The notes under the pieces are model-generated. The model did not search any database. It was given only the letters and a program-made list of their open reading frames with translations, and was not told the DNA's origin. From positions 1,056,001 to 1,120,000 of the forward strand of contig OY763927.2 of assembly GCA_963667665.2 (NCBI GenBank): 64,000 nt of DNA. The letters are read 5' to 3'. The DNA comes from Nitrosopumilus sp. Lineage in GTDB: Archaea > Thermoproteota > Nitrososphaeria > Nitrososphaerales > Nitrosopumilaceae. The position numbers and the translations under genes are program-made. Below are positions 20,033 through 30,903 of the stretch, in pieces; position 1 is the stretch's first letter, and each line of letters starts with the position of its first letter.

Positions 20033-21433
20033 CTATCCCACAGAGTCATCCATTTCTAATTTAATGAGTCTGTTTAGTTCTACAGCATATTCCATTGGTA
20101 ATTCTTTTGTGAATGGCTCCATGAATCCATTAACAATTAGTGTTAATGCTTCTTCTTCGTTAAATCCTCTGCTCATAAGGTAGAAAATTTGTTCATCGCC
20201 AATTTTTCCAACTGTTGCTTCGTGAGTGATTGTTGCATCTTCTTGATTGATTTCCATGTATGGATAGGTTTCAGTTTTTGATGTATCATCTAAGAGCAAT
20301 GCATCGCATCTTACAGTGGCCTTAACATTTGTAGCACCTTTTGCTACATGAAGTAATCCTCTGTAAGTGGAACGGCCATCTAGTCTGCTAACTGATTTTG
20401 ATGTGGTTTTAGATGTTGTGTTTGGTGCAAGATGAACCATTTTTGCGCCTGTATCTTGGTGTTGTCCTTTACCTGCAAAGGCAATTGATAGTGTCTCACC
20501 ATATGCTCTCTCACCCATTAGATAGATTCCAGGATATTTCATTGTTAATTTACTTCCAATGTTTCCATCAATCCATTCAACTGTTGCACCTTCATATGCA
20601 TAAGCACGTTTTGTTACAAGATTGTAAACATCGCTACTCCAGTTTTGGATTGTCGTGTATCTTAGTTTTGCATCTTTATGTGCAATTAGTTCTACAACAG
20701 CACAATGAAGTGATTCTGAAGAATAAACAGGGGCAGTACAACCTTCAATGTAATGTACTTCTGCACCTTCATCTACAATTATTAGTGTTCTTTCAAACTG
20801 ACCAATGTTTTCTGCATTAATTCTAAAGTATGCTTGTAAAGGCATATCGACTTTGACACCAGGTGGAATGTAGATAAATGAACCACCACTCCAAACTGCA
20901 CTGTTTAGTGCTGCAAATTTGTTGTCCTCTGGAGGAATAATTTTACCAAAGTATTTCTTGAAAAGTTCTGGATGCTCTTTGAGAGCTGCATCAGTATCCA
21001 AAAATAGAACTCCTTGTTTTGCCAAGTCTTCTCTTAGACTATGATATACAACTTCAGATTCGTATTGTGCACCAACACCTGCTAAGAATTTCTTTTCAGC
21101 TTCTGGAATTCCAAGTTTCTCAAAAGTATTTTTGACATTTTCTGGAACATCATCCCAGTTCTTTTCTACTTTGTCTGTTGCTTTCATGTAATAATAGATA
21201 CTTTGGAAATCAATAGAACTAAGATCGCCACCCCAAGTTGGCATTGGTTTTTGCATAAAAATTTCAAAAGAACGTAATCTAAAATCAAGCATCCACTGGG
21301 GTTCGTCTTTTAGTTTACTAATTTCAATTACAGTATCCTTTGAGAGACCCTTCTTACTAAGGTGAACATACAGTTCTGTAGAGTCTTTAAAATCATATTT
21401 TGAATAATCCATGTCAAGATTTTCAGTTGCCAT
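20033..21433 (-). CDS. sufB: Fe-S assembly protein SufB
   Basis: [37 protein letters not shown]. Confidence 0.96.
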   Translation of the reverse strand: MATENLDMDYSKYDFKDSTELYVHLSKKGLSKDTVIEISKLKDEPQWMLDFRLRSFEIFMQKPMPTWGGDLSSIDFQSIYYYMKATDKVEKNWDDVPENVKNTFEKLGIPEAEKKFLAGVGAQYESEVVYHSLREDLAKQGVLFLDTDAALKEHPELFKKYFGKIIPPEDNKFAALNSAVWSGGSFIYIPPGVKVDMPLQAYFRINAENIGQFERTLIIVDEGAEVHYIEGCTAPVYSSESLHCAVVELIAHKDAKLRYTTIQNWSSDVYNLVTKRAYAYEGATVEWIDGNIGSKLTMKYPGIYLMGERAYGETLSIAFAGKGQHQDTGAKMVHLAPNTTSKTTSKSVSRLDGRSTYRGLLHVAKGATNVKATVRCDALLLDDTSKTETYPYMEINQEDATITHEATVGKIGDEQIFYLMSRGFNEEEALTLIVNGFMEPFTKELPMEYAVELNRLIKLEMDDSVG

Positions 21434-21474
21434 ACAAAAAATAACCCCGTTATATTATAAATACATAAGTAAAA

Positions 21475-21504
21475 ATAGGCAGAGCTAAATAGCTTGAGCT
21501 AAAT
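21475..21504. promoter_or_regulatory. Two tandem WTAG-N6-CTAA operators upstream of sufB
   Basis: ataggcagagctaaat (21475-21490) and atagcttgagctaaat (21489-21504), just upstream of the minus-strand TATA at ~21456-21463. Confidence 0.55.
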
Positions 21505-21563
21505 TTTGAGTGTGGCAAATCTGAAGAAAAGAATTTAGAATAAAACAATACAATACAAAAACA

Positions 21564-22559
21564 GTGAAACTAGAAACTATCAATTTAGCAAATGATCTAA
21601 AAATTTGCAGAATTCTAAATGGAATGTGGCAAGTATCTGGAACTCATGGACAAATTGACAAACAATTGGCAATCAAATCAATGATTGACTATCACAATAA
21701 TGAATTTACTACATGGGATTTAGCAGACATTTACGGACCAGCAGAATCATACATTGGAGAATTTAGAAAAAAAATAAATTCTGAACAAATAGCAAACACA
21801 CAAGCACTAACAAAGTTTGTTCCAAATCCCGGTCCAATGTCAAAAAGTATTGTAGAGTATTACATTGATCAGTCTTTACAAAAAATGAATACAGATATTT
21901 TAGATTTAGTACAATTTCACTGGTGGGACTACAACAATCTTAGTTACATGGATGCAATCGAGCATTTGTTTTCTCTTAAAGAAAAACAAAAAATAAAACA
22001 TGTTGGATTGACAAACTTTGATACAGAAAGAGTCAAGATAATGACTGAGAAAGGATTTACACCAGTTACAAACCAAGTGCAATATTCTATACTAGACCAA
22101 AGAGCAGAAAAACTCATGGTACCATTTTGTCAAAAACATGGAATCAAAATATTAGCATATGGGACATTGTTGGGAGGATTTTTCTCTGAAAAATATCTTA
22201 AAGCAGATGAACCAACGAGAGCAGATCTTGACACTGCAAGCCTTCAAAAATATTACAACATGATTCAAGAATGGGGAGGATGGAAATTATTCCAAGAATT
22301 GTTAGATGTATTAGATACTATTTCAGAAAAACATGATTGCAGTATTGCAAATGTTGCTACAAGATTCATCCTAGATAGGACAGCAGTTGCAGGAGTAATT
22401 ATTGGTGCAAGGCTAGGAATTTCAGAACATATTGAAGGCAATTCTAAGGCATTTGATGTGAGGCTTGATTCAGATGATTTATCTGCAATATCTTCAGTTA
22501 CAACAAAAGCAAACAATCTCTTTGAGATAATTGGAGATTGTGGTGGAGAATATAGATAA
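21564..22559 (+). CDS. Aldo/keto reductase
   Basis: GMWQ, DLADIYG, LDLVQFHWW, NQVQYS. Confidence 0.9.
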   Translation: MKLETINLANDLKICRILNGMWQVSGTHGQIDKQLAIKSMIDYHNNEFTTWDLADIYGPAESYIGEFRKKINSEQIANTQALTKFVPNPGPMSKSIVEYYIDQSLQKMNTDILDLVQFHWWDYNNLSYMDAIEHLFSLKEKQKIKHVGLTNFDTERVKIMTEKGFTPVTNQVQYSILDQRAEKLMVPFCQKHGIKILAYGTLLGGFFSEKYLKADEPTRADLDTASLQKYYNMIQEWGGWKLFQELLDVLDTISEKHDCSIANVATRFILDRTAVAGVIIGARLGISEHIEGNSKAFDVRLDSDDLSAISSVTTKANNLFEIIGDCGGEYR

Positions 22560-22566
22560 TCAAAAA

Positions 22567-23367
22567 TTATACAACAGTTAAAGTATTTTTCATTGCATCA
22601 AATGCACCGGAAACTGTATGAACTTCTGCAACAGTATTTTTTACATTAAATTTTTTCAATTCATCTGAAGTGAATGGTCCAATAGATACTACAGATAATT
22701 TTACAAGATTATCAAGTAAGGTTTCTGCATCATAATCTTTTGACATTATATCAAAGAATCCTCTCACTGAGGATGCACTAGTAAACACAACACCATCAAC
22801 TTTATTTTGTGAGAATAATTCTCTGAATCCATTCCATTGTGTTGTATCTCGAAATGCACAAACATCATACAAATGAATTTCCAACACGTCAATTCCAATC
22901 TTGTTTAGTAATTCTTTCAAAAAAGGAGTTGATGCACCACTGCGTGGAATAATCACCTTTTTTCCAACTGCATGAATAGCTGTAAATTCCTCACCAACAC
23001 CAACTGAAGAAAATGTAGTAGGTTGATGATTCACTTTGATTCCTTCATTTTCAAGTGCAGTTGTAGTTTTGGGACCTACTGACATTACAGTAGTATTTGC
23101 AACTGCTAATTGTAATTGATCAAATTTTCCAGTCTGTTTTGCAGTATCAAATAGTAATTTGACTGCCTTTGAGCTCATAAAAACAGAATAATCTGGATTG
23201 TATGTTTCAATTGATTTCAAGAATTCATCTACAATCTTTTCTCCCTTGCTGACTAGTTCTATAGTTGGTAATGGAATAGGTGTTGCTCCATTTTGTTGTG
23301 CAAGTGCAATAAATTCAGTAGCATCATCTTTGGAGCGAGTGATTGCAATAGTTTTTCCATCAAGCAT
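22567..23367 (-). CDS. hemD: Uroporphyrinogen-III synthase
   Basis: IAITRS, VGPKT, FTSASSV, SIGPFT. Confidence 0.9.
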   Translation of the reverse strand: MLDGKTIAITRSKDDATEFIALAQQNGATPIPLPTIELVSKGEKIVDEFLKSIETYNPDYSVFMSSKAVKLLFDTAKQTGKFDQLQLAVANTTVMSVGPKTTTALENEGIKVNHQPTTFSSVGVGEEFTAIHAVGKKVIIPRSGASTPFLKELLNKIGIDVLEIHLYDVCAFRDTTQWNGFRELFSQNKVDGVVFTSASSVRGFFDIMSKDYDAETLLDNLVKLSVVSIGPFTSDELKKFNVKNTVAEVHTVSGAFDAMKNTLTVV

Positions 23368-24107
23368 TATTTCCACCCTATAGTATCTGACAAATCAACG
23401 ACTTTGCCAATAATGATGTTGCTTGGAGGAGTAATTTTGTTTGCTTTGACTTTTTTTGCAATGTTAGTTACTGTTCCTTTAATCATTTTTTGTTTTGGAG
23501 TAGTTCCATTTTGAATTACTGCTACTGGAGTATTTTTGTCCAATCCACCAGATATCAGTTGTTTGCATATAATATCAATTCTTGACAATCCCATCATAAT
23601 CACAATAGTATCAACAGACTTTGCAAGTTTTTTCCATTTGACAATCTCTTTTTTCTTTTCAGGATCTTCATGTCCGGTAACAAACACGACTGAGGAAGAA
23701 TGTTTTCTGTGAGTGAGAGGAATTCCAGCATAAGTTGCAGAACCAATTCCAGAAGTAATTCCGGGAACTATTTCAAATTTTACTTTATTTTCTTTGAGAA
23801 ACTCTGCTTCTTCCCCACCACGGCCAAAGATTATTGGATCACCACCCTTTAGTCTAACTATATTTTTTTTAGATTTTGCATATTTTACCATTAAATCATT
23901 CGTTGTAATTTGATGAGTTGTATCATCACCTACTGCTCGTCCAACATAGACTTTTTCTACTCTTTTTGGAATCATAGAGATGATTTGTTTGCTTACCAAT
24001 CTATCATACAAAACAACATCTGCTTTTTTGAGTAACTCAACTGCTCTCAATGTAATTAATTTACTATCTCCAGGACCTGCTCCAACGAGATATACTTTAC
24101 CTGTCAT
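23367..24107 (-). CDS. cobA: Uroporphyrinogen-III C-methyltransferase
   Basis: VYLVGAGPGD, RLKGGDP..FGRGGEE, VPGITS. Confidence 0.95.
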   Translation of the reverse strand: MTGKVYLVGAGPGDSKLITLRAVELLKKADVVLYDRLVSKQIISMIPKRVEKVYVGRAVGDDTTHQITTNDLMVKYAKSKKNIVRLKGGDPIIFGRGGEEAEFLKENKVKFEIVPGITSGIGSATYAGIPLTHRKHSSSVVFVTGHEDPEKKKEIVKWKKLAKSVDTIVIMMGLSRIDIICKQLISGGLDKNTPVAVIQNGTTPKQKMIKGTVTNIAKKVKANKITPPSNIIIGKVVDLSDTIGWK

Positions 24108-25039
24108 GTCTTATTCCATTCCTCCACTTTTTCTCTCCAATTTAATGCAAGTTCATTTACTCCTTTCTCACGGAGTTCCTCTCCAGCACTTTTACCAAGA
24201 GATTTAGGATCTTTCTTATCTCCAGTTTTGTTTACCTGTATTGATTTTTTTCCATCTACAGAGAATGCCACTACACTCAATGTCATTTCAGAACCGTTTG
24301 ATTTTGCATATGCACCAACTGGAAACCGACATCCAGAATCAACAAAGTCCGACAATGCACGTTCTGCTTCAATTTCTAATCTAGAATCAGCATCTTCAAT
24401 TTTTTTCAGCATTGATATTGTTTGGGAATCATCTGCTCTTGCAACTATTGCAATTGCACCTTGTCCAGGGGATGGAGAAAAATCATCAATTGATAATGGA
24501 AAAAACTTTACATCAACACCCAATCTAGTAATTCCTGCCTGTGCAAGAACTATTGCATCATAGTTTTCCCCAGATGCTTTTTTAATTCTTGTTTCAATAT
24601 TTCCTCGAATTGGTTTAACAGTAACATCAGATCTTTTTTGAATAACTTGTACAGCACGACGAAGTGAGCTTGTTCCAATTACTGCACCTGGTTTTATGTT
24701 CTCAAGTGTAGAACCATCTGAAGAAATAAAGACATCATTTACTACTTCGCGTTTTGGAATACAAGCCAAAATGAGACTGTCATCAATTTCTGAAGGAACA
24801 TCTTTGAGACTATGAACAGCAAAATCTACTTCCTTTTGTGCAACAGCCCTATCAATTTCTTTTTCAAAAATTCCTTTCTGATCTATTGTAAATAATGGTC
24901 TTGTATCAGTATCACCTTTTGTTGTGATAGTTTTAATTTCATATTCTGAATCAGGGTTTACTTTTTTTAGTTCTGCAATTACCCAGTTTGTCTGGGCTAC
25001 AGATAATTGACTTCCTCGTGCACCAACTATGTACTTCAA
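24104..25039 (-). CDS. hemC: Hydroxymethylbilane synthase
   Basis: GARGSQL, AVHSLKDVP, GTSSLRR, RGNIETR, GCRFP. Confidence 0.95.
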   Translation of the reverse strand: MKYIVGARGSQLSVAQTNWVIAELKKVNPDSEYEIKTITTKGDTDTRPLFTIDQKGIFEKEIDRAVAQKEVDFAVHSLKDVPSEIDDSLILACIPKREVVNDVFISSDGSTLENIKPGAVIGTSSLRRAVQVIQKRSDVTVKPIRGNIETRIKKASGENYDAIVLAQAGITRLGVDVKFFPLSIDDFSPSPGQGAIAIVARADDSQTISMLKKIEDADSRLEIEAERALSDFVDSGCRFPVGAYAKSNGSEMTLSVVAFSVDGKKSIQVNKTGDKKDPKSLGKSAGEELREKGVNELALNWREKVEEWNKT

Positions 25040-26313
25040 TTTTTCACCGATTTTAGTGCTGCATGATATACGTCAAGTGTTTTGTTTAGATCAGTTTCAG
25101 TGTGAGAATCAGATAGAAAAACAACCTCAAATTGAGAAGGCGCAATGAATATTCCTTTTTTCAGTAAGGTTTTGAACATTTTTTGGAATTTCTTGGCATT
25201 TGCATTTTTTGATGTCTTATAATCAACTACAGGTTTGTTTGTAAAGAAAATCTGAAACATTGATGATGTAAAATTGATCTGGTGAGGAATTCGCATATCA
25301 GTAGCCATATCATCAAGGGCTGTAGTGAATAACAAATTGTATAATTCAAGTTTAGAATAAAGTTTGTTTTTGATTTTGTTAATTGTCTTAATGGAACTAA
25401 TTGCAGCACTAACAGAAATAGGATTTCCAGCAAAAGTGCTTGCTTGATAGACTTTACCACCTGGAGATAACAAATTCATAATCTCTTTTCGCCCGCCTAC
25501 AGCAGATATTGTAAATCCATTGCTTAGTGCTTTGGCAAGTGTAGTAATGTCTGGTTTGATTCCAAAATGTTCTTGTGCACCGCCAGGGGCTACACGAAAC
25601 CCAGTAACAACTTCATCAAAAATTAATGGAATATTATTTTCTTTAGTAATTTTTCTCAAATCATGAAGAAAATTCTTTTCAGGCAAGATTAACCCCATGT
25701 TAGCTAAGATTGGCTCTACAATAACTCCTGCAATGTCTTTGTTTTGTTTAATTGTTTTTTGTAAATCTTCAATGTCATTATATGGAACAACTAGAGTATT
25801 TTTTGAAACCTCATCTAAACCACCATCAGAGATTGAAATTCCATTGTGTGCAGAACCAGAACCCGCTTTTACCAAAACAGAATCATGTGCACCATGATAG
25901 CATCCTTCAAATTTTATTATTTTTTTCTTTTTTGTAAATCCACGAGCTAATCGGATTGCAGTCATTGTAGCTTCGCCACCAGTATTTACTAATCGCACTT
26001 TGTCCATTGATGGAAAATTTCCAATAATTAATTTTGATAATTCTAATTCAGATTCTGTTGGAGTACAATAAAGAGTTCCTTTAGAGAGTTGTTTTGATAC
26101 TGCTTGTATGATCTCTTTTCTTCTATGTCCTAAAAGTAATGCACCATAACCATTACAAAAATCGATGTAACGATTGTTGTCTTCATCCCAAATGTATGCA
26201 CCATTGGATTTTTTTGTAAAAAATGGATATGGCTCAAAATATCTAACTGGGCTATTGACTCCTGATGGAATCACTTTTTTGGCATTATTGAATAATTTCT
26301 TAGATTTAGACAA
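25036..26313 (-). CDS. hemL: Glutamate-1-semialdehyde 2,1-aminomutase
   Basis: GVNSPVR, FEGCYHG, FDEVVTGFR; TTG start at 26313 avoids overlap with the aquaporin. Confidence 0.94.
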   Translation of the reverse strand: MSKSKKLFNNAKKVIPSGVNSPVRYFEPYPFFTKKSNGAYIWDEDNNRYIDFCNGYGALLLGHRRKEIIQAVSKQLSKGTLYCTPTESELELSKLIIGNFPSMDKVRLVNTGGEATMTAIRLARGFTKKKKIIKFEGCYHGAHDSVLVKAGSGSAHNGISISDGGLDEVSKNTLVVPYNDIEDLQKTIKQNKDIAGVIVEPILANMGLILPEKNFLHDLRKITKENNIPLIFDEVVTGFRVAPGGAQEHFGIKPDITTLAKALSNGFTISAVGGRKEIMNLLSPGGKVYQASTFAGNPISVSAAISSIKTINKIKNKLYSKLELYNLLFTTALDDMATDMRIPHQINFTSSMFQIFFTNKPVVDYKTSKNANAKKFQKMFKTLLKKGIFIAPSQFEVVFLSDSHTETDLNKTLDVYHAALKSVKN

Positions 26314-26338
26314 TATTTTGCTGTATTTATGGTCATTA

Positions 26339-27022
26339 TTATTCGTAATTTGAGGCTCTTTGGGCTTGGAATTTACCACGAAATAGAAATGCCGCAATAA
26401 TGGTTCCAACAAATGGTGCAGTCAGATATATCCACAAATCATCAAATGTTCCAGATAATAATGCTGGTGCAAAGGCTCGAGCAGGATTCATTGATGCTCC
26501 GGAAATAACTGCGAAAAATAAAATATCTAAACCAACAATCCCACCAATTGCAACACCACTAAATCCTTTCAAACCTTTTGTATACACAACATAAAAGATT
26601 ACACCCATAAGCATTGCAGAAGCTAATACTTCAACTGGAAATATTATAAATATTGAAAAATCATAGTTTGGTGCATTTGCACCAAGATCTGCATTATCTC
26701 CAACAAAACTTAGAACAAATAAGGAACCTAACAGTGCACCAATTATTTCTGCTACAAAATAATATAATACTTGAATTTTTGTAATGTGTCCTGTAATATA
26801 ATAACCAATAGTTACTGCAGGATTAAAATGTGCTAGAGATATTTTTCCAAATGCATACACGCCAATAAGTAATGCAATAAATGGTGCAACAGCTGCAAAT
26901 GGAATTCCTAGATTACCATCAAATGTTTTAGCATCATAAACAATTGAACCAGTAGCAAAAACTACAAGAAGAAATGTTCCAACCAACTCTACAATAAAAA
27001 TTTGTAAATTAGAATATACCAT
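26339..27022 (-). CDS. MIP-family aquaporin/aquaglyceroporin
   Basis: HFNPAVT and SMNPAR motifs, six TM helices. Confidence 0.92.
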   Translation of the reverse strand: MVYSNLQIFIVELVGTFLLVVFATGSIVYDAKTFDGNLGIPFAAVAPFIALLIGVYAFGKISLAHFNPAVTIGYYITGHITKIQVLYYFVAEIIGALLGSLFVLSFVGDNADLGANAPNYDFSIFIIFPVEVLASAMLMGVIFYVVYTKGLKGFSGVAIGGIVGLDILFFAVISGASMNPARAFAPALLSGTFDDLWIYLTAPFVGTIIAAFLFRGKFQAQRASNYE

Positions 27023-27025
27023 TAG

Positions 27026-27433
27026 TTATTCCTCAAGTAAATTAATTAGATTAATTACTTCAGTTTTAATTGTGTCACGAATTTTTCGCACATCATCTAT
27101 TGATTTTTCTTTTGGATCAGAGATATTCCAATCAAGTGTATCTTTTACAAATAAAGATGGGCAAGATTCTTTATCCATACATCCCAAGTTGATAGTTTTA
27201 AAAGAATTTTCAATCATCGTGTCGAATAATAATTTGGGTTGTTGATCATCAAGATTAATTCCAATCTCTTTCATTACTTTAACAACCAATGAATTTAGTT
27301 GAGTTGAAGGAATTGTTCCAGCACTAATTACATTGAATTTCTTAGATGCATATTTTCTAAAAAATGCCTCAGCCATTTGGCTACGGCCAGCATTTTCTAC
27401 GCACACAAATAAGATATTTTGAATATCAGCCAC
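27026..27433 (-). CDS. arsC: Thioredoxin-type arsenate reductase (LMW-PTP fold)
   Basis: CVENAGRSQMAE P-loop, GC..CP, WNISDP. Confidence 0.85.
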   Translation of the reverse strand: MADIQNILFVCVENAGRSQMAEAFFRKYASKKFNVISAGTIPSTQLNSLVVKVMKEIGINLDDQQPKLLFDTMIENSFKTINLGCMDKESCPSLFVKDTLDWNISDPKEKSIDDVRKIRDTIKTEVINLINLLEE

Positions 27434-27474
27434 AATAATAATATAAATATTAGTTTATATAAATCTAAATTGAT

Positions 27475-27774
27475 ATGAATGGAATTAGCCTCTTAAAATG
27501 TATTTGTGATGAAACAAGGTTTGAGATTTTAGAATTATTACAGAAAAACAAGGAACTCTGTGTAAATGATTTTGTAAAGAAATTAAAAAAAGACCAACCT
27601 CTAGTGTCATACCATCTAAAGACACTAAAAAAATGTGGAATTGTCAAATCAAGAGATGAAGGAAAAAAGACATTGTATACAATTTCAAACAGTCAACTAT
27701 CAGAACTAATATCAAATGTCACAAAAACTAGCAAGAAAATTCCAGTTTTATGTTCTGATAATTCTTGTTGTTAA
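27475..27774 (+). CDS. arsR: ArsR/SmtB-family regulator
   Basis: DETRFEIL, ELCV, QPLVSYHLKTL, C-terminal CSDNSCC; divergent from arsC. Confidence 0.88.
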   Translation: MNGISLLKCICDETRFEILELLQKNKELCVNDFVKKLKKDQPLVSYHLKTLKKCGIVKSRDEGKKTLYTISNSQLSELISNVTKTSKKIPVLCSDNSCC

Positions 27775-28073
27775 AATTTTTCAGTTCTCACTACGCCAAC
27801 ATCACTGACATAAAGAACCAAAGCAAAATTGGCAAACATTGTTCGTGATATTTCCTCTACAATGTCTGATAATTTGTCTTCTCTCATAATTACTTCAACT
27901 TTGACATTTTTTTCATTTTTTAAACCTTGACCACGTAAACCCCGATCACCATTTCCTTCCACTTCATAAGTTGTATATCCTGTAATGTTATGTTTTTTTA
28001 AAATTTTAATAATATTTTTTTGCGCAAGAATTTCACAAGTGACTGTGAGTAATTTTACGTTATAGAGTTTCAT
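27771..28073 (-). CDS. sbtB: P-II-like protein SbtB
   Basis: ITGYT.YEVEG.G.RG..NVKVEVI, DV.VVR.EKF; coupled to sbtA by ATGA. Confidence 0.75.
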   Translation of the reverse strand: MKLYNVKLLTVTCEILAQKNIIKILKKHNITGYTTYEVEGNGDRGLRGQGLKNEKNVKVEVIMREDKLSDIVEEISRTMFANFALVLYVSDVGVVRTEKF

Positions 28074-29155
28074 ATCCAACCCTGTGTGATGTAATGGAAT
28101 AAGTCTATCGATCCTTCTACATTATGTACAATGGATGAAACAACAAACATGATTGGCAATAAAACAATGATGTTGAAAGGAAATGTAATTCCTAATGCTG
28201 ATGTAATGTAAAGACTAGGTTTTGCCTCAGGAATTGCATGACGCAATACTGCAGGTGCTGCAATAAATGATGCACTAGCCAAAAGCAATCCAAACATTAC
28301 TGCGCCACCTAGACTTAATCCCATTGCAGTAGCAACTAAAACACCAATAATTCCATTAAACGTAGGCATTATCACAGCAAATGCAGTAAGAAAAATACCA
28401 ACTTTTTTTAGATCACCTAGTCTTTGACCAGCAATAATTCCCATCTCAATCATAAAGATAACAATTGCACCAGTAAACATCTCATCAAATACAATACTAA
28501 TTGAGCTAAATCCATCCTCACCAATGATGTAACCTATCACAATACATCCAAGCAGTATAACTATTGCTTTACCAGTAATTGATTCATGTAATACTTGAGA
28601 AAGTTTTGTCTTGGTTTCTCGCATTCCTAAATCAATGTCAGATACATCATCATTTTTGAAAGACTGTTTTTTTATACGAATTTGTTTTGCAACTGCCATG
28701 TTAGTCAAAAATATTGCCATGATAAATGAAACAGGCTCCAACACTGCAAGAATAGCTGCAAGATATCCCTCAGATGTAACACCTTGATTCTTAAGAAAAG
28801 ACAATCCAACAGAGAAAGTTACTGCACCTACTGCACCATATGTTGATGCTAATGCATAAGAATCAAAGAGATTGAATTTTCCCAATCTTCTCAGAATTTG
28901 ATAATGATTCAAAGTAAACAAAAGCGAAATGCCAATTGCAACTAACATAGGAACCAACATGTTCTCAAATCCAGTATTTCTCATCTCTATTCCTCCATGA
29001 AGTCCAATTGCCGCAAGAAGATAGATTGGTAAAAATTCTGAAATTGCTTCAGGTATTTTCAAATCAGATTTTATTCTGGCAGCAATAATTCCAAACAAAA
29101 AGAACAGAATTATTGGGGTAAGAAGATTGGATTGTATTAATTGTAAAATTTCCAT
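28070..29155 (-). CDS. sbtA: Sodium-dependent bicarbonate transporter (SbtA/DUF897)
   Basis: KSDLKIP, YLLAAIGLHGG, YGAVGAVTF, SASFIAAPA, LGITFPFN. Confidence 0.85.
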   Translation of the reverse strand: MEILQLIQSNLLTPIILFFLFGIIAARIKSDLKIPEAISEFLPIYLLAAIGLHGGIEMRNTGFENMLVPMLVAIGISLLFTLNHYQILRRLGKFNLFDSYALASTYGAVGAVTFSVGLSFLKNQGVTSEGYLAAILAVLEPVSFIMAIFLTNMAVAKQIRIKKQSFKNDDVSDIDLGMRETKTKLSQVLHESITGKAIVILLGCIVIGYIIGEDGFSSISIVFDEMFTGAIVIFMIEMGIIAGQRLGDLKKVGIFLTAFAVIMPTFNGIIGVLVATAMGLSLGGAVMFGLLLASASFIAAPAVLRHAIPEAKPSLYITSALGITFPFNIIVLLPIMFVVSSIVHNVEGSIDLFHYITQGWI

Positions 29156-29208
29156 TTGAATATTTCAAAAAATTTTTGCTGAAATAAAAACCAAGGTATT
29201 ACCATAAA

Positions 29209-30195
29209 TCAAACAAACAGATGAATCACATAGGTAAATGCAATTCCGAGTGCAGCACTACCGGGAATAGTAATAATCCATGCAAAAACAATTTGCCTGC
29301 CTACTTTCCAACGCACAGCACGTTTTCTTCGTACGGCACCAGCACCCATGATAGTACCAGTGATAGCATGAGTTGTACTTGCAGGAATCCCCAAAGTGGC
29401 AAAAATTGCTAACATGATCCCACCTCCAGTTTCTGCTGCAAATCCTTGATATGGTTTGAGTTTTGTAATTTTCATACCAAGTGTTTTAATGACTTTGTAG
29501 CCACCAAAGAAAGTACCTAATCCCATTGCAGTAGCTGCTGCAAAGATTACCCATAGTGGCATATCAAGTTCAGGAATCATTCCAGCTGAAAACAAAATTA
29601 GAACAATAATACCCATAGTTTTTTGCCCATCATTTGCTCCATGAGTTAGAGCAAACCAGGCTGAAGAAATTATTTGTAATCTACCAAAAGTTTTGTTCAC
29701 AACTGCAGGTCTACGTTTAGCAAATATTGTAATTATTAATCCAGTAAGTAGTAAACCAAAAATCAGTCCACCTACTGGAGCAATGACAATTCCTGCAAAA
29801 ATTTTAGACAGACCACCAAAAACCAATGTTTCAAAACCTATTCCTGCAATACCTGCACCCATTATTCCACCAACTAAAGAATGACTATTAGAAATTGGTA
29901 ATCCAAAATATGTACATAGTGTACTCCAACCGATTGCACCAGCCAAACCACCTATAATCATATAAACAGTAATGTCATCTGGACTAACAATTCCTTTTGC
30001 AATAGTTGTAGCTACTGCAACACCAAAAATAAAAGGGCCAACAAAATTCATAGTTGCAGACAAAGTTACTGCGTGAATTGGTTTTAAAACACGCGTTCCA
30101 ATAACTGTAGCAATAGAATTAGCTGAATCATTAAATCCATTTACAAAATCAAAGATTAATGCAATGATTATTGCTGCTATTGCTATTTCAATCAT
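29209..30195 (-). CDS. pit: PiT inorganic phosphate transporter
   Basis: NGFNDSANSIAT, HGANDGQK, PASTTH. Confidence 0.93.
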   Translation of the reverse strand: MIEIAIAAIIIALIFDFVNGFNDSANSIATVIGTRVLKPIHAVTLSATMNFVGPFIFGVAVATTIAKGIVSPDDITVYMIIGGLAGAIGWSTLCTYFGLPISNSHSLVGGIMGAGIAGIGFETLVFGGLSKIFAGIVIAPVGGLIFGLLLTGLIITIFAKRRPAVVNKTFGRLQIISSAWFALTHGANDGQKTMGIIVLILFSAGMIPELDMPLWVIFAAATAMGLGTFFGGYKVIKTLGMKITKLKPYQGFAAETGGGIMLAIFATLGIPASTTHAITGTIMGAGAVRRKRAVRWKVGRQIVFAWIITIPGSAALGIAFTYVIHLFV

Positions 30196-30204
30196 AGAAC
30201 CATC

Positions 30205-30834
30205 CTAAGTATATTTCAAAACAATATCTTCAATGACATCTGCAACATCTACACATCTGTCTGATGCAGTTTCCATTGTTTCATAGATATCTTTTAGTTT
30301 AATGATTTTGATTGCATCATCACTCTCAAATAGTTCTTTGATTGCTTCTCTATACAAATCATCTACAACATGTTCAATCTTACCAGTATTTCTACAATGT
30401 TCAATCATGTCTTTAGTATTTTTGATGTGTTTGAGCTTTGAAATCATATACTCTACTTCTTTTGTGGCTTTGACTAGTTCCTTGGCCATGTCTTCACAAT
30501 ATGGAGGAGGGGAAGTGATTTTGTAGCTATATACTCTTGCAGCAATACCATCCATGAAATCAATCACATCATCTATTTTTGATGCAATTCTTTGCATGTC
30601 CTCACGATCTAAAGGAGTGATGAATGTCTTGTTTAGTTCAGTGAAGATGTCACGTGTTAAGACATCTGCTTCAGTTTCAAGTTTATGAATTTTTGCCGTA
30701 TGTTCAGCATTGGTTAGATCGGAAAATAAAACTACTACAGCTTCTGATGTTTCAACTGCTTTTTTTGCCAAATTATCAAGAATCGTTAAGAGTTCTTTTT
30801 CATTGGATTTGATCCATGATAGCCACATTCCCAT
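30205..30834 (-). CDS. DUF47 PhoU-like phosphate transport regulator
   Basis: LETEAD, FITPLDRED, DRCVDVA; upstream of pit. Confidence 0.9.
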   Translation of the reverse strand: MGMWLSWIKSNEKELLTILDNLAKKAVETSEAVVVLFSDLTNAEHTAKIHKLETEADVLTRDIFTELNKTFITPLDREDMQRIASKIDDVIDFMDGIAARVYSYKITSPPPYCEDMAKELVKATKEVEYMISKLKHIKNTKDMIEHCRNTGKIEHVVDDLYREAIKELFESDDAIKIIKLKDIYETMETASDRCVDVADVIEDIVLKYT

Positions 30835-30903
30835 GATTTTTCAATTGTAAATTTGGAATTAAAATGTTTGAACATAAAGTCTATTGGACTATATAGAAAA
30901 AAT

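Noticed and set aside
26314-26412. N-terminal extension of hemL
   Set aside because: Overlaps the aquaporin stop region; HemL-like sequence starts at TTG 26313
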